From: a virus
Taxonomy: Duplodnaviria > Caudoviricetes
Strand: one strand, 5' to 3'
IMG/VR virus record: IMGVR_UViG_3300028591_000168
Coordinates: 15,563 to 79,562 of that record
DNA: 64,000 nt
The notes below the pieces were generated by a model. That model saw only the letters and a list, made by a program, of their open reading frames with translations, did no database searches and was not told the origin of the DNA. Shown here piece after piece: positions 32,887 through 43,973 of the stretch; position 1 is the first letter of the stretch; each line of letters starts with the position of its first letter. Made by a program: the position numbers and the translations under genes.

Positions 32887-34227
32887 TTGGCTATAATCTT
32901 GTACGAGACTTTAGATGGTAACTTTCAGTTTTCCAACACAGATGACTCTGTTTCTGATATCAACATTTCTGAAGCTGCAGTAGAACAAAACATAGATCCT
33001 AACTCTCTTATGGTTGACGTTGAAGCCATTCACGCAATGCCACATTATACTCGTAACTATACCCGTTACACAGAAAAATGTCTCAAGAACAGTATTCCGG
33101 GATGGACAAAGCCTTACAATAAACCGCTTATAACGCACCATAACGAGAAAAACGGTGATATCATAGGAAGAGTTATAGGCGCAAGTTATAAAACTAACGA
33201 TACTTTTTCCAAAACACCTGCTCTTGTTCTGACAGTTAATATACCCGGTGAAAAGGATAAGGCTGATATCAAAAACGGTATTAACCAAACTGTGTCAATA
33301 GGTGTTATCGCTGACGACGTTCGTTGTTCTATCTGCGGTAAACCTGTTGAACTCGACAGTGATGGTTCTGTAATATCTTGTGAGCACCAAAAAGGACATA
33401 TTTACGGTAAAGAAACTGCTTTTTGGGATATCCACTCAATGCAGCCCAAAGAAGTTTCTTACGTTATAGTACCAAGTGATATCTTTGCAGGTAATGTCAG
33501 AAGCTATCCTGCTACAAAGAGTAAGCCTTCTGTTAGTGAAAGTTACGAAAAAGAAGGGATGATAGAAAGTATGGATATCAAAGAAATGGAAGAAAAGCTT
33601 AAGACTGCGGAAGAAAAAGCCGTTAACTTTGAAACAAGCTTTAAAGCTGTTTCTGCTACCAAAGATAACCTTGAACAACAGGTTAAAGAAGCTGCAGATA
33701 AAAACAACAGCTTACAAGAACAGGTTAACAAGTTGATATCAGAAAAAGACGATCTTAAAAAGAAGGTAGAACTTCTTGAGGCAGACAAAATCTCGTTACA
33801 AACGAAGGTATCAGATTTTGATATCAGCAAGAAAGACCTTGAAGAAAAATTGTCTGAAGAACAGAAAATGAGAGAAGAACTTGAAACAGAACTTGCCAGC
33901 GTAAAGATATCTCTTAAGGAAAGCTTGATCGATAACCTTCAAGTATTAAGAAGTGTAGGCGGCAAGGTTGCTCTTGACGAGTCATTGCTTCGTAACAGAG
34001 AAGAGTCGTCTATCCGTGACTCTATAGCTGATCTTAAGCTTGAACTTAAGGAAAAAACTAACGAAGCTCCTAAGACTCCAGGTACCGTTGAAAATCCCGG
34101 TCTTGTAGAAGAAGCAAAGGATTCTACAAGCATTTCTCTTAAGGAACAAAAAGGAGACGGCGGTATATCTGATCTTAGGGCAGGCCTTGAAACTATCTTC
34201 ATGGCAGTGGCCGGTTCTCGTAAGTAA
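32887..34227 (+). CDS. prohead protease with C-terminal coiled-coil scaffold
   Basis: KPLITHHN...IIGRV, TVSIG, CSICG...CEH, EVSYVIVPSD, then a long EK-rich coiled coil. Lies upstream of the capsid genes. Confidence 0.8.
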   Translation: MAIILYETLDGNFQFSNTDDSVSDINISEAAVEQNIDPNSLMVDVEAIHAMPHYTRNYTRYTEKCLKNSIPGWTKPYNKPLITHHNEKNGDIIGRVIGASYKTNDTFSKTPALVLTVNIPGEKDKADIKNGINQTVSIGVIADDVRCSICGKPVELDSDGSVISCEHQKGHIYGKETAFWDIHSMQPKEVSYVIVPSDIFAGNVRSYPATKSKPSVSESYEKEGMIESMDIKEMEEKLKTAEEKAVNFETSFKAVSATKDNLEQQVKEAADKNNSLQEQVNKLISEKDDLKKKVELLEADKISLQTKVSDFDISKKDLEEKLSEEQKMREELETELASVKISLKESLIDNLQVLRSVGGKVALDESLLRNREESSIRDSIADLKLELKEKTNEAPKTPGTVENPGLVEEAKDSTSISLKEQKGDGGISDLRAGLETIFMAVAGSRK

Positions 34228-34244
34228 AAGGAGTTGAAACTAGA

Positions 34245-34473
34245 ATGGCTTTATATCCTAACGAGTTTAACACTCAGGAGACGTTACAACCCGGTGCACG
34301 AGGTGAGGTATTTCGCAATACCGGCATTCCGGGGCACCGCAGAGACGAAGATAGAGTTAACCGTACTCAAATTCGTTTAAACATATCAGCTCATGACGTT
34401 CCTAACGTTAAGTATGAATTTGATTACAGACTGCCTGTACTCTTCAGATACGGTTGGGCCGTAGGTTTTAACC
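34245..34473 (+). CDS. capsid-associated (decoration-like) protein, exon 1 (spliced product about 559 aa)
   Basis: AAAGGAG RBS. Join with 36718..38168 restores GFN-Q-IVIPKGRIVA in frame. Confidence 0.8.
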
Positions 34474-36717
34474 GTGCGGCGTGAAAATTGTAATGTCAAG
34501 TAAGGACTGTGAACCCCTAATAATCACAGAATTTCCTGCTAATGAGACTGCGGCAGGCTAAGGAAGTAATTCCATAGTCTGAAGCCCGCTAAAGTCGTGC
34601 AAAAACTTCTTCCCGATTACAGAAGTGAGTTAGTGCGGTTAGGGAACGTTATATGGCTACGATAAGAAATGTATGGTCTTAAGCGTCGAAGCCTGAGTCA
34701 AGGAAATCGGATTCTAAAATGCCTTGATATCGCAAATGTTTTGCACAGAAGGTTCCAAATGATATGGTTGAGTCAAATGGAATAGCAACAGTGAGAAATC
34801 ACGGGGTTGTTGCTTACGAAAGTTCTTCTACGGCGCATAGTACAAGCCTAAGTAACGTTATATACCTAGACATTATAAAACACGCGAGGCCCAAGCACTC
34901 TTAATGAGTGACTGAACTGGTAAAGTTCTTAAGTACCAAGAACCTAAGGGGAAGTTGAAATTCTTGGGCGTCAGAGCTGCCATAGTAGCTGTGATACTGT
35001 AGAAATACAGTGGAGCCAAGGGCAGCAGTCGACTAGAAAATTTATGCCAGATAAGTTCCTGAAATGGGGGCAGTAAGTATGGCAAGTTTATATAGTAAGT
35101 GCTTAGCTGAAGATAATATACGGCAAGCTATTAAGACGGTGTTAAGTCACGAAGGCAGCAAAACACCTGGACCAGACGGTATCAATAAGGATAACATTGG
35201 GAACAATGTTATTAAAGAAATTAAGTTAAGGCTTCGGAGATATAAAAAGGTCAGCAGCAAACAAGTGCAAATTCCTAAAAAGAGTGGAAAAACAAGAACA
35301 CTTACAGTCTGCAATCTGTATGATAGGATAGCACAGCAAGCTGTATACCAGATTATTGAACCGATAGTTGATACCAAAATGTCTAAGAACAGCTATGGAT
35401 TTCGCAAAGGTTTACAAGCAAAAATGGCTGTTGCAAAGGTAGCTAACGTATTTCATGCAAGTAAGCATAATTATACTATAGAACTTGATTTCAAAAGTTG
35501 TTTTGACAATATTCCACTTGAAAAAGCAATAGGAGAACTTGCTAAACTTGGAGTTAAAGATCCTAAGTTGTTAGCAACGATAAAACACTTAATGTATATT
35601 TCAAGGGAATATAAAGGGATAGGACTTGGACAGGGAACTATCCTTGGCCCAATACTTGCGAATTGTTTCTTAAACAAGTTAGATCTTTGGATAGAAGAAA
35701 ATATGGACTTAGGGGTAATAACCCACAGAAAAAGAGATTTTGAGCTTCATAAAGAAAATTACACTGAATGGCTAAAATCACGCGGTAGAAAACCCCAAGG
35801 TAAATATTTAAGGTATGCAGACGATACGTTAATTATTGTTCACAGTAGAAATGAACAATTAGCCGTATCAGAGGCAGTAAGCCGTTTCATTGAAAAAGAA
35901 CTAAAAATCGGCATTAATCAAGAAAAGAGCAAGCTTGGGTACAACACGGTAAACTTCTTAGGGTTCACCATTAAAAAGAATATAAGAGAAAAAGAGTATA
36001 TAGGGTTATACATAGACGAAGCCAATGAAAAAGAAATAAAAGAAGTAGTTAAGAGTCACAACTTTGTAAGCTTTGAAGAAGTTTGGAGATTCAAGAAATG
36101 GCTTGTAGGTATCCTTAACTATTACGATATTGCAAACAATATCGGAAGTATTTTGCGATATATAACAAAAAGGTTACTTAACCGAGCTAGGAAGATAGGA
36201 AACCTTCAAAGAGAAGAAGGTACGACAAAGTATACCTGGACTCATAAAGAACGTAGCATAGTGTTGGACATCTATGAAATCAGAAAAAACACTAAGCTTT
36301 CCTATAAGGAATATATCTATGAATCAAAATGGTTAAATACCAGGGAACTACTTCAAGTTTGGGAGTATAGTGACTCAAAGCTTTGGCACATATATGCTTA
36401 TCCGTTGTTTACTAAACAACGAGGCAAGGATCCTATAACAGGCAAAGACCTTAAGCTGGGCGACATTGATATCCATCATATAAAACCTAGAAGACAACAA
36501 GGTCAGAATGCATTAGACAATCTTATAATGGTGAGTACAGCAACACACAAGTTAATTCACAACAGTGAAGAAACGCAATCTAAGAAGTTACAATGGTACA
36601 GAAAACAACTTGATAGAAAGTACTAGTCGATAGAGAGCCGGGTGCGGTGAAAGCTGCACGCCCGGTTCGGAGGAGGGGAAAAGGTAGAGATTGTATCAAA
36701 ACCTTACCTATTCCTAT
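34474..36717 (+). mobile_element. group II intron (2244 nt) with RT/maturase/HNH ORF
   Basis: Starts GTGCG. Domain V GAGCCGGGTGCGGTGAAAGCTGCACGCCCGGTTCGGAGGAGGGG at about 36636. Ends CCTAT. Removal restores the host frame. Confidence 0.92.
35064..36626 (+). CDS. ltrA: group II intron reverse transcriptase/maturase with HNH endonuclease
   Basis: TPGPDG, LYDRIAQQ, SYGFR, LDFKSCFD, QGTILGPILAN, YADD, FLGF; C-terminal HHIKP...DNL...H. True start may be 35079. Confidence 0.92.
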   Translation: MGAVSMASLYSKCLAEDNIRQAIKTVLSHEGSKTPGPDGINKDNIGNNVIKEIKLRLRRYKKVSSKQVQIPKKSGKTRTLTVCNLYDRIAQQAVYQIIEPIVDTKMSKNSYGFRKGLQAKMAVAKVANVFHASKHNYTIELDFKSCFDNIPLEKAIGELAKLGVKDPKLLATIKHLMYISREYKGIGLGQGTILGPILANCFLNKLDLWIEENMDLGVITHRKRDFELHKENYTEWLKSRGRKPQGKYLRYADDTLIIVHSRNEQLAVSEAVSRFIEKELKIGINQEKSKLGYNTVNFLGFTIKKNIREKEYIGLYIDEANEKEIKEVVKSHNFVSFEEVWRFKKWLVGILNYYDIANNIGSILRYITKRLLNRARKIGNLQREEGTTKYTWTHKERSIVLDIYEIRKNTKLSYKEYIYESKWLNTRELLQVWEYSDSKLWHIYAYPLFTKQRGKDPITGKDLKLGDIDIHHIKPRRQQGQNALDNLIMVSTATHKLIHNSEETQSKKLQWYRKQLDRKY

Positions 36718-38168
36718 AAATTGTTATCCCTAAAGGCCGCATTGTTGCTTGTGATCCTTATATGGATATCGTTAACTTTGAAAGCAAAAAGTTGTTCAAT
36801 ACAATGACTCTCGCCAACGGTGGTGTGCCTGTACGTCTTCGTGAGGTATCTGACGTTTATCCTACTTGGGGCAAAGAAGCTACTGATATCGTTAAGCCTA
36901 CGTCACAAGGTAACGCAGTGCAAAATGCACAAAAAGAATGGACGCCGCTTGCGGGAATGGCTGCTGCTTACGAAAAAGATGTTTACCGTCCTTTTAAGAG
37001 TAAAACCAGTGCAGAAGAACAACTTGACGCAGCAGGTTATGAAGTTAACAAAGAAAATGGTCGTATTCAAGACAAGACTACGAAGACTGAAGTAGTTAAT
37101 GTGCGTCCCGGTAATATCCCACTCGGTATGCTTGAACGTAATGAATATACCCGTGACGAAGATGCTTTTAACGGTATTATGCCCGGACCTATCCTTACTG
37201 ATCCTATAGTTGAGCTTCCTTGGTTCGCGTATAAGGATAAAGCTGAAGAAAACTTCTGGGGTTCTGCTTACGGTAATCTCTTTATTGGTGCACAAGTTAA
37301 GAGTGACGAAAACGGTCGCGTAACTGTGTCGCCGTTATCTTTCCCTGACAAAGTTAAGGAAATGGAAGTTTTTGAATACGAAATGGAACGCCAGCAAGTT
37401 ATCGGACAGGTTTACGGTGTTAATCACGAAATCGTTCCTGAAGGCGCTGCACGTTGGGCAATGTGGGCACTCGAAGATCGTCTTAACTATGAAGGCTTTA
37501 ATCCTGCTCTTTACTCTAAGAATAATCGCCGTGGTGAAGACAGTGTTAACAGTACTGCTTACTTCTCAACAGGGCGTTATCCCGGATATCCTTACGACAA
37601 GAATTACCTTAATCACGATCTTCATATGTTGGCTTCTACAGGGCGTGGTGACGTCTTTGATCCGCGTATGAACTTTGAGTATCGTTATTCTGATATGGGT
37701 ATCCCCGGCTTAACTGACGGCTTTAACGCTGTAGAACGTGACGTTACGGATCAACTTGCCGGCCGTATTCATTGGGCAGGAGAAGGCAAAGAATATGTAC
37801 CCATGTACTTCCGTACTATCGATATGGGACAGTTTATCACGCCCGGAAGCCTTGAAATTTCTATTGACGGCGCAGCATGGGCACCCCTTAAACCCGGTGC
37901 CAAGATCGCTGTTAATAACACTAATGACATTCTTGAAGCTAAATATGTTTCTGAACTTCAAGGTATTTTTGTTCTTGAAGTTATTGCTGATCTTGACACC
38001 GCAAAGAGTGTCTTTACAACGAAAAAAACTATAGACGGCAAAGAAGTTGACGTTGATAAAGCTGTTGAAGTTAAGGTTCAGTATAAACGTCGTGGTGAAG
38101 CCGGCGTTCCTACCTTTATGGATTGGGACGGAATTTGCGGCTCAGTCTTTATTCTGTTCCAGAAATAA
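36718..38168 (+). CDS. capsid-associated protein, exon 2
   Basis: In frame with ORF 36762..38168; immediately upstream of the major capsid gene. Confidence 0.8.
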
Positions 38169-38188
38169 GGTAAAGGAGGACTTTGATA

Positions 38189-39466
38189 ATGGGAATCTAT
38201 ACAGCAGAAGCTTTAAAGCAAGTCATAAGTTTACGAGAACAAGCTGAAGAACAGCAAAGAGCTTATGACAAAGGTGAAAGTAAAACAAAGCCGTCCGTAC
38301 AGCCTAAAACTTTTGATATGATGGAAAAGATGGTTCGTAACGTTAACGGCGACTTTTCTAAAGGACGTGTCAGTGTTAAAGAAACTATTATGTCTACAGA
38401 CACCGTCACTCTTATTCCGCGTGTTATCGAAGGACAACTTCGTGAGGCTGCAGAACCCGAGTATCTTGCTACTCGTTTTATGAACGTTATTAACGTTGAG
38501 GGCGGTAACGGATCAACAGTTTACGTTGTTCCTATTGTTGGTGAAGTCACAGCACACGAAGTTGCTGAAGATGGACGTTATCAAGAGGACAGCGTTGAGT
38601 TCTCGACTCTTGAAAACGCACAACTCGAAGTGCGAGTTAAAAAGATTGGTCTTAAGATCCGCATTACGGAAGAAGCGATATCGGACAGCTCTTGGGATGT
38701 TCTCGGTATTAATATCCGCAAAATGGGGACAGCAATGGCTCGCTATAAGGAAGAGTGGTGTTTTAACAGCTTTTCCGATCATGGTACCGTTATCTTTGAT
38801 AACGATCTTCGTGCACAAATGCCTGAAGTAGGTACTACAGGTCGTGCACAAGACGGTTCTTATAATGATACAATGACCATTGAAGACTTTTTGGATCTTG
38901 TTCTTGCTATGATGGCCAATGATATGAATCCTACTGATATCATAATGCATCCGCTTGCATGGGTTATTTTTGCACGCAACAGTATGATCGGTAATGGTCT
39001 TACCTACGGTGCTTTTGGTGCACAGCAAGTTCACCCTTGGGGTGCAACACAAGGTACACCAGGATTTGCGGGATTGCAAGCTGACATGGGCCCACAGAAA
39101 CTTATTATGAGTCCCGATCAAGTACAAGGGCGTCTTCCTGTTCCTATCAGTGTCAGCTTTAGTCCTTTTGTTCGTTTTGATAAAGTTGCCAAGAAGTTTG
39201 ATATGTACTGCCTTGATCGTTCTTCTGTCGGTGTTATTATCCAGAAAGAAGCGTTAACTACAGATAACTGGTCCGATCCTGAACGTGATATCAGAATGTT
39301 AAAAGTTAAAGAACGCTATGGTGTAGGTATCTTAAATAACGGACGCGGTATTACCGTTGCTCGCAATATCGCTGTTGCACCTACTTATCCTGTACCTCCT
39401 ACGGTTAAGATTGATACCGGTTTGGTAGTTCAAGATGTAGGACAAGGTAACGTTGCTACACCCTGA
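38189..39466 (+). CDS. major capsid protein (HK97-type fold)
   Basis: IPRVIEGQLREAAEP, KIGLKIRITEEAISDSSWD, MARYKEE, KERYGVGILN patterns. AAGGAGG RBS, strong codon bias and canonical position. Confidence 0.88.
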   Translation: MGIYTAEALKQVISLREQAEEQQRAYDKGESKTKPSVQPKTFDMMEKMVRNVNGDFSKGRVSVKETIMSTDTVTLIPRVIEGQLREAAEPEYLATRFMNVINVEGGNGSTVYVVPIVGEVTAHEVAEDGRYQEDSVEFSTLENAQLEVRVKKIGLKIRITEEAISDSSWDVLGINIRKMGTAMARYKEEWCFNSFSDHGTVIFDNDLRAQMPEVGTTGRAQDGSYNDTMTIEDFLDLVLAMMANDMNPTDIIMHPLAWVIFARNSMIGNGLTYGAFGAQQVHPWGATQGTPGFAGLQADMGPQKLIMSPDQVQGRLPVPISVSFSPFVRFDKVAKKFDMYCLDRSSVGVIIQKEALTTDNWSDPERDIRMLKVKERYGVGILNNGRGITVARNIAVAPTYPVPPTVKIDTGLVVQDVGQGNVATP

Positions 39467-39481
39467 TTGTGATACTTAGCT

Positions 39482-39522
39482 GATAAGCGTAAATATGATA
39501 TCAACAATATTTACGCTTATCG
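39482..39522. terminator. hairpin after the capsid gene
   Basis: GATAAGCGTAAATAT/ATATTTACGCTTATC inverted repeat. No clear U-tract. Confidence 0.5.
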
Positions 39523-39543
39523 TTAAAAGGAGGATTAACTTTT

Positions 39544-40278
39544 GTGAAACAACCTATAGCGAGAATTAGGCTTAATCCGGGGCAAGGCGGTTTCTTTGAT
39601 CCTGTTACTCGTATTCACCTGACTCATGGTGATCCGGTTAAGGATATTTACGCAGGTATGAATACCGAAGGATTAAAGGCCGCTATTCGCAGCAAAAGAA
39701 TATCCTTGATATCAGGATCTCTTGGAGCCAGCGTAGCACCTTTTAAACTTATAAGACGACAAGACGGCAAAGTTGTAATAGTACCTAACAAAAGCATACC
39801 AGAACCTGTACAAGATACCGGAAACAAGAAGATCCAGCCTAAAAAGCAAAAGTCTGCTGCAGTTCAGTCAGTAACAGCAAAAAAGGCTGATCTTGCTACG
39901 ACCCCTAACGTTCTTCCACAACAAGAAGAACCTGTTGAACAGGAACTGTCTGTTGTACAAGAACCACCTACAGTTCAGAAACCTGTAGTATTGAAAATGT
40001 CAGAAACAACTAAAGAACAAGAGACAATAACAGTTCCTGAACCTGTTATTGTTGAGAAGCCTAAAGTTGATACCCCTGTAGCTGATAGCAAGCCTGTTGA
40101 TATCACAGTGACTGACAGCATATCTGTTAATGCCTTGCCGGAAACTTCTGACATAGCAGACAATGTTACTACCGATATCATTGAACAGGAAGAACCTGTA
40201 GTTACAGGTAATGACAGCCAAAGTAATAGTCCTTTTAGGCGCAACAAGAAGAACAAAAAAAGATATAACGATAACTAA
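39544..40278 (+). CDS. hypothetical protein: small N-terminal domain plus P/V/T/E-rich tail
   Basis: AAGGAGG RBS; 244 aa. Confidence 0.75.
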   Translation: MKQPIARIRLNPGQGGFFDPVTRIHLTHGDPVKDIYAGMNTEGLKAAIRSKRISLISGSLGASVAPFKLIRRQDGKVVIVPNKSIPEPVQDTGNKKIQPKKQKSAAVQSVTAKKADLATTPNVLPQQEEPVEQELSVVQEPPTVQKPVVLKMSETTKEQETITVPEPVIVEKPKVDTPVADSKPVDITVTDSISVNALPETSDIADNVTTDIIEQEEPVVTGNDSQSNSPFRRNKKNKKRYNDN

Positions 40279-40298
40279 GAGTAAGGCGGTGACCTTCT

Positions 40299-41129
40299 GT
40301 GGCTTATATCAAGTTTTGTATTATCGCCGTAGAAACCAGCCTTAAAGATCAAAGTATTTACGTTACCTTTAATAAAGAAATAGATACTGACACGATATCG
40401 TTACAAAATGTAATCTTAGCTGTTAACGACACGGTAACGGCGCCTGTAGCTAACTTTCAGATTGTTGTAAACGATGATCTTAAAACAGTTAAGCTTCTTT
40501 TAACAGATACGCCTGTTGTTAATCTGCCTTACATACTTGTTATAAGAGACACAGTTAAAGATCTTGAGGGCAATAATCTTGACAAAAGCTTGTTTAGAAA
40601 CGTTACCTTTAAAAGTAACGTTACAAGTGATATCACGGTTAACAATCCTGCCAACTTTGAGATTATAACCGATCAAACATTTTCCTGGGAAGAGACAGGA
40701 GATAACCCTGTTAACAGCTATAGATTACAAGTAAGTTCCGATACCGGATTTCATAACGTACAAGTAGATACTCTTATAAAAGATAAGCAGTCGATTACTC
40801 TCGGTGCTATGCTAAAACCGGGACAATACTTTTTTAGAATACGTGCTGAACAAGGTGAAGAATTTGGCTTGTGGAGTCAAACAAGGACTTTTCTTGTACA
40901 GCAAGCTGATGAGTATGAAGAGGAAGGTATCAACGATGAACAACAAGAGTTGAACAATAACGAAGAAACTGTTGTTGAAGATCTTGTTGGCGATATCAAA
41001 GACGATCGTATTGTTGTAGAAGAAAGACCTGTTAACGGTGTAACACCGTCGACGTCTTTTATGTTTTTACTATCAGAAGACATTAGCGATGAAGGCATAA
41101 CTGTATCAGTTATAAGGAGTGATTTCTAG
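40299..41129 (+). CDS. Ig-like/fibronectin type III domain virion protein
   Basis: IYVTFNKEID...YILVIRDTVKDLEGNNL (Ig-like) and FSWEE...YRLQVS...YFFRIRAE...GLWS (FN3-like). Confidence 0.7.
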   Translation: MAYIKFCIIAVETSLKDQSIYVTFNKEIDTDTISLQNVILAVNDTVTAPVANFQIVVNDDLKTVKLLLTDTPVVNLPYILVIRDTVKDLEGNNLDKSLFRNVTFKSNVTSDITVNNPANFEIITDQTFSWEETGDNPVNSYRLQVSSDTGFHNVQVDTLIKDKQSITLGAMLKPGQYFFRIRAEQGEEFGLWSQTRTFLVQQADEYEEEGINDEQQELNNNEETVVEDLVGDIKDDRIVVEERPVNGVTPSTSFMFLLSEDISDEGITVSVIRSDF

Positions 41130-41782
41130 TGGAAAGAGTTAACGCTACTTTCAGTGTTGACGGCAATATCTTAGAGATCATTCCTGACGAGATCAAGGAC
41201 AGTTCCAAGTATCTTATCAAGATATCAGGAGTTAAGAGTGTCGATGGTACAAAAACTTTATCTGTGCAAACTTTTACAGTTATAACAGCAGTCACACCCT
41301 ATTACTGTACTCTTGAAAGTCTTAAAGCCGTTACAGAAGGCTTTGGTGTGTCAGACGAACAGATGCTGCACTATATCAGAGCAGCAGGAGAATTTGCTGA
41401 CTTCATAGCGTCGTCCAGCAAAGTAACAGGCGCTACCTTGTTATTTTCTAAAGGTGAACTGACGAAGGTTAAAGCTACTCTTGACTGCCTTACTGCAAGT
41501 TTTGTAGGAGGCACCTTTGCAAGTACAGGAAAGCGCTGGAAGCTTGGTGAAGACGAACTTGAAGAAGCAGACAAAGCTTCTGCCTTTAAAAACTTGCTTG
41601 ACTGGTTAAGATGGCTGCTTCTTTACTGGATTGACGCTGTCAGAGGCTATATCAACCCCGGCAGAACACCGCCTAAGGCTACGCGTGCAGGTATTAACGC
41701 CGCAGATAACAGTGACGTTCAGCATATAACTGTTGACTCACTTATAGGTGACTTTACCCGTAACTTACCGCAATGGTCATAA
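41129..41782 (+). CDS. putative head-completion/adaptor protein
   Basis: N-terminal Ig-like strand pattern, then YCTLESLK (adaptor-like). Position after the capsid genes. Confidence 0.55.
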   Translation: MERVNATFSVDGNILEIIPDEIKDSSKYLIKISGVKSVDGTKTLSVQTFTVITAVTPYYCTLESLKAVTEGFGVSDEQMLHYIRAAGEFADFIASSSKVTGATLLFSKGELTKVKATLDCLTASFVGGTFASTGKRWKLGEDELEEADKASAFKNLLDWLRWLLLYWIDAVRGYINPGRTPPKATRAGINAADNSDVQHITVDSLIGDFTRNLPQWS

Positions 41783-41801
41783 CAGAAGGCGGTGATATCA
41801 A

Positions 41802-42266
41802 GTGCAGCCTATGGATCTTAAAATCCAGAGTGTTATCAAGATGTTCCATTATCCAATGTGGTTTATTCGTCTTAACAAAAAGATATCGTGCCCTTGTGTT
41901 AATCATACTACAAAACAAGCAAAACCAGGGTGTTCCATATGCTTGGGTACCGGTTATAAGATACGAGTTATTAGGGCTAACGGTGCAAGACAGTCTACAG
42001 AGACTATAGCAATGCGCGGTGAAGGCATAGGATTTTCTGAAAAAACTGGTGCAGATCGATTCTTTACGCTTGACAATCTTGAGCTTAAAGAAGGAGATAT
42101 CATAGTAGACGAAGACAGAGTAAGTATAGTGCAGTATTACCTTCCGGGTCGTACTAACGCAAGCCACCCTGTCTATTATCGTGCTATAGCGTCACCTATG
42201 AAGATGAACCTTGTCGCATTTAAAACTGCGTTTGCTGATCTGTTGAGGAGAAAAGGTTATGGCTAA
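41802..42266 (+). CDS. putative head-closure/neck protein
   Basis: CPC...CSICLGTG Cys motif of myophage neck proteins; position. Confidence 0.55.
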   Translation: MQPMDLKIQSVIKMFHYPMWFIRLNKKISCPCVNHTTKQAKPGCSICLGTGYKIRVIRANGARQSTETIAMRGEGIGFSEKTGADRFFTLDNLELKEGDIIVDEDRVSIVQYYLPGRTNASHPVYYRAIASPMKMNLVAFKTAFADLLRRKGYG

Positions 42267-43269
42267 CGTTAACGTTAACAAGCACAGCAATATGTTGATC
42301 ATAGGCAAGGGTGCTACTAATAAAGGTAGAAAACAAGTTGTTTACGCCGAGAAATACAGCAATGTTTTGAATACTTTTGGTGATTCTGAACTTACCAGAG
42401 CATTCTTGTTGGCAAAACAGATGGGCGCACCTTACGTCTTCCTGATGAACTGCAAACAACACTATGACTACCTTGATATCGTTACTTCTCTCAGATCAAG
42501 TGATTTTTCTTACATTGTTCCTACGTCGATCATTATATCAGATGAGTTTGATGATCCCGCTACAGAAAGACGAATATCTTACGTTGAATATTTGTTAGAA
42601 AAGATAGGCAATGTTAATGATTCTGTCTTTATTGTAACAGATCAGCATGCGTCACTTTATGAAGATGTTGACGCCTTTATCGAAGATATGAACAACAAGG
42701 CTGAAATCTTTAGAGTCAAGAGAAGATCACCTGCTGTAAGAGAAAATATCATTTTTGTAGCTAACAACCTTGTAAAACATCGTTTAGCTAACGTAGCTCT
42801 TGCAGCAGCATTGTGCAGTACCCCTGTTAATCGTTATCCTGAAGCTGATTTTGGCGAGGTTCACTTTTTGTTGGATCAATGGGAAGACATCGGTAACTGG
42901 GCTTACTTTCAAAGCCATACGTTAAAGAATACAAGTGTAGAAAATCTCCTTAACTTCGAACTCGCTGGTAATCCGCTCAAGATAGTTTTTATCTCTAGGA
43001 TAATCAAAATGATTAAACGCGAGCTTGACTTCTCTGAGTTTATAGGCAAACGTTACTCTGAGTATCAACGGTTAAGCGTAAGAAATAAGCTTGAGAGATA
43101 TCTTGACAGCCTAATGCAAAGTGTACTTTACGAATATGAAATCTTGGCGACGAAACCTTATAAGCACAAGGACGAACCATTATCAATAGATATTACTAAC
43201 GTTTTTGATATCTGGCCTGCTAACTGCTTGGAAAAGGTTACGATATCAAACAAAATAGAGGTATCTTAA
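42259..43269 (+). CDS. tail sheath-like/neck structural protein
   Basis: LIIGKG...FGDSELTRAFLLAKQMGA resembles a sheath N-terminus; position. Confidence 0.5.
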   Translation: MANVNVNKHSNMLIIGKGATNKGRKQVVYAEKYSNVLNTFGDSELTRAFLLAKQMGAPYVFLMNCKQHYDYLDIVTSLRSSDFSYIVPTSIIISDEFDDPATERRISYVEYLLEKIGNVNDSVFIVTDQHASLYEDVDAFIEDMNNKAEIFRVKRRSPAVRENIIFVANNLVKHRLANVALAAALCSTPVNRYPEADFGEVHFLLDQWEDIGNWAYFQSHTLKNTSVENLLNFELAGNPLKIVFISRIIKMIKRELDFSEFIGKRYSEYQRLSVRNKLERYLDSLMQSVLYEYEILATKPYKHKDEPLSIDITNVFDIWPANCLEKVTISNKIEVS

Positions 43270-43271
43270 AA

Positions 43272-43946
43272 ATGGCTAACATTAACTATAACAATCAACC
43301 GTTTTCTGTTGATACTTTTGAGACGTTATTGCAACAAAGAGAGGAACACTCAAAGATTCCTCTTAAAGTAACTGATATCAAACCGCAAGAACGACCAAGA
43401 CTGCAAGCAACTAAAAACGCTACGCTACATGATCTTATAGAAATGATATCAAAGATTATTACAAAAGCTACAAGAGAACGTAATATTATTTTTGAACCTG
43501 ACGAAGGTGTAAGACCCAAAGTCGATCAAAGCATACCTTTTAACGAAGCACGTGTTTACTACGAAGTGATATCACGAAGACCATGTCTTGAAATAAAACC
43601 AAGAGAAAGAGAAGAAGTTTATGAAGTCGATTCTTTTGGGAAAACAAGATCAGGAAGAGTATGGGGACAACGTTTTGAGTGCGTTATCCAGCTTCACATC
43701 TTCGCGGGTGACTACGAAACAGCGAACAAGACAATGGATCTTGTAGAAGATATCATGTTTAACTACGCGTCATACTTTAAGAAGAACGGTGTGGCAGAGA
43801 TTATCTTTATGGATCAGATTACAGATCATAACTACGATATCTATCGACAAGGATTGTCCATAAGAACGTTACGATATCGGGTATGGATAGAAAAGCTCTA
43901 CACCGTTTTTGACGCAGCAGAAATAGACGGTATTATTACTCTTTGA
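43272..43946 (+). CDS. putative tail completion/terminator protein
   Basis: Position just before the sheath; WGQRFECVIQLHIF...LRYRVWIEK beta-rich pattern. Confidence 0.5.
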   Translation: MANINYNNQPFSVDTFETLLQQREEHSKIPLKVTDIKPQERPRLQATKNATLHDLIEMISKIITKATRERNIIFEPDEGVRPKVDQSIPFNEARVYYEVISRRPCLEIKPREREEVYEVDSFGKTRSGRVWGQRFECVIQLHIFAGDYETANKTMDLVEDIMFNYASYFKKNGVAEIIFMDQITDHNYDIYRQGLSIRTLRYRVWIEKLYTVFDAAEIDGIITL

Positions 43947-43973
43947 AAATTTTTATAAAAGGAGGAGTAGGCT

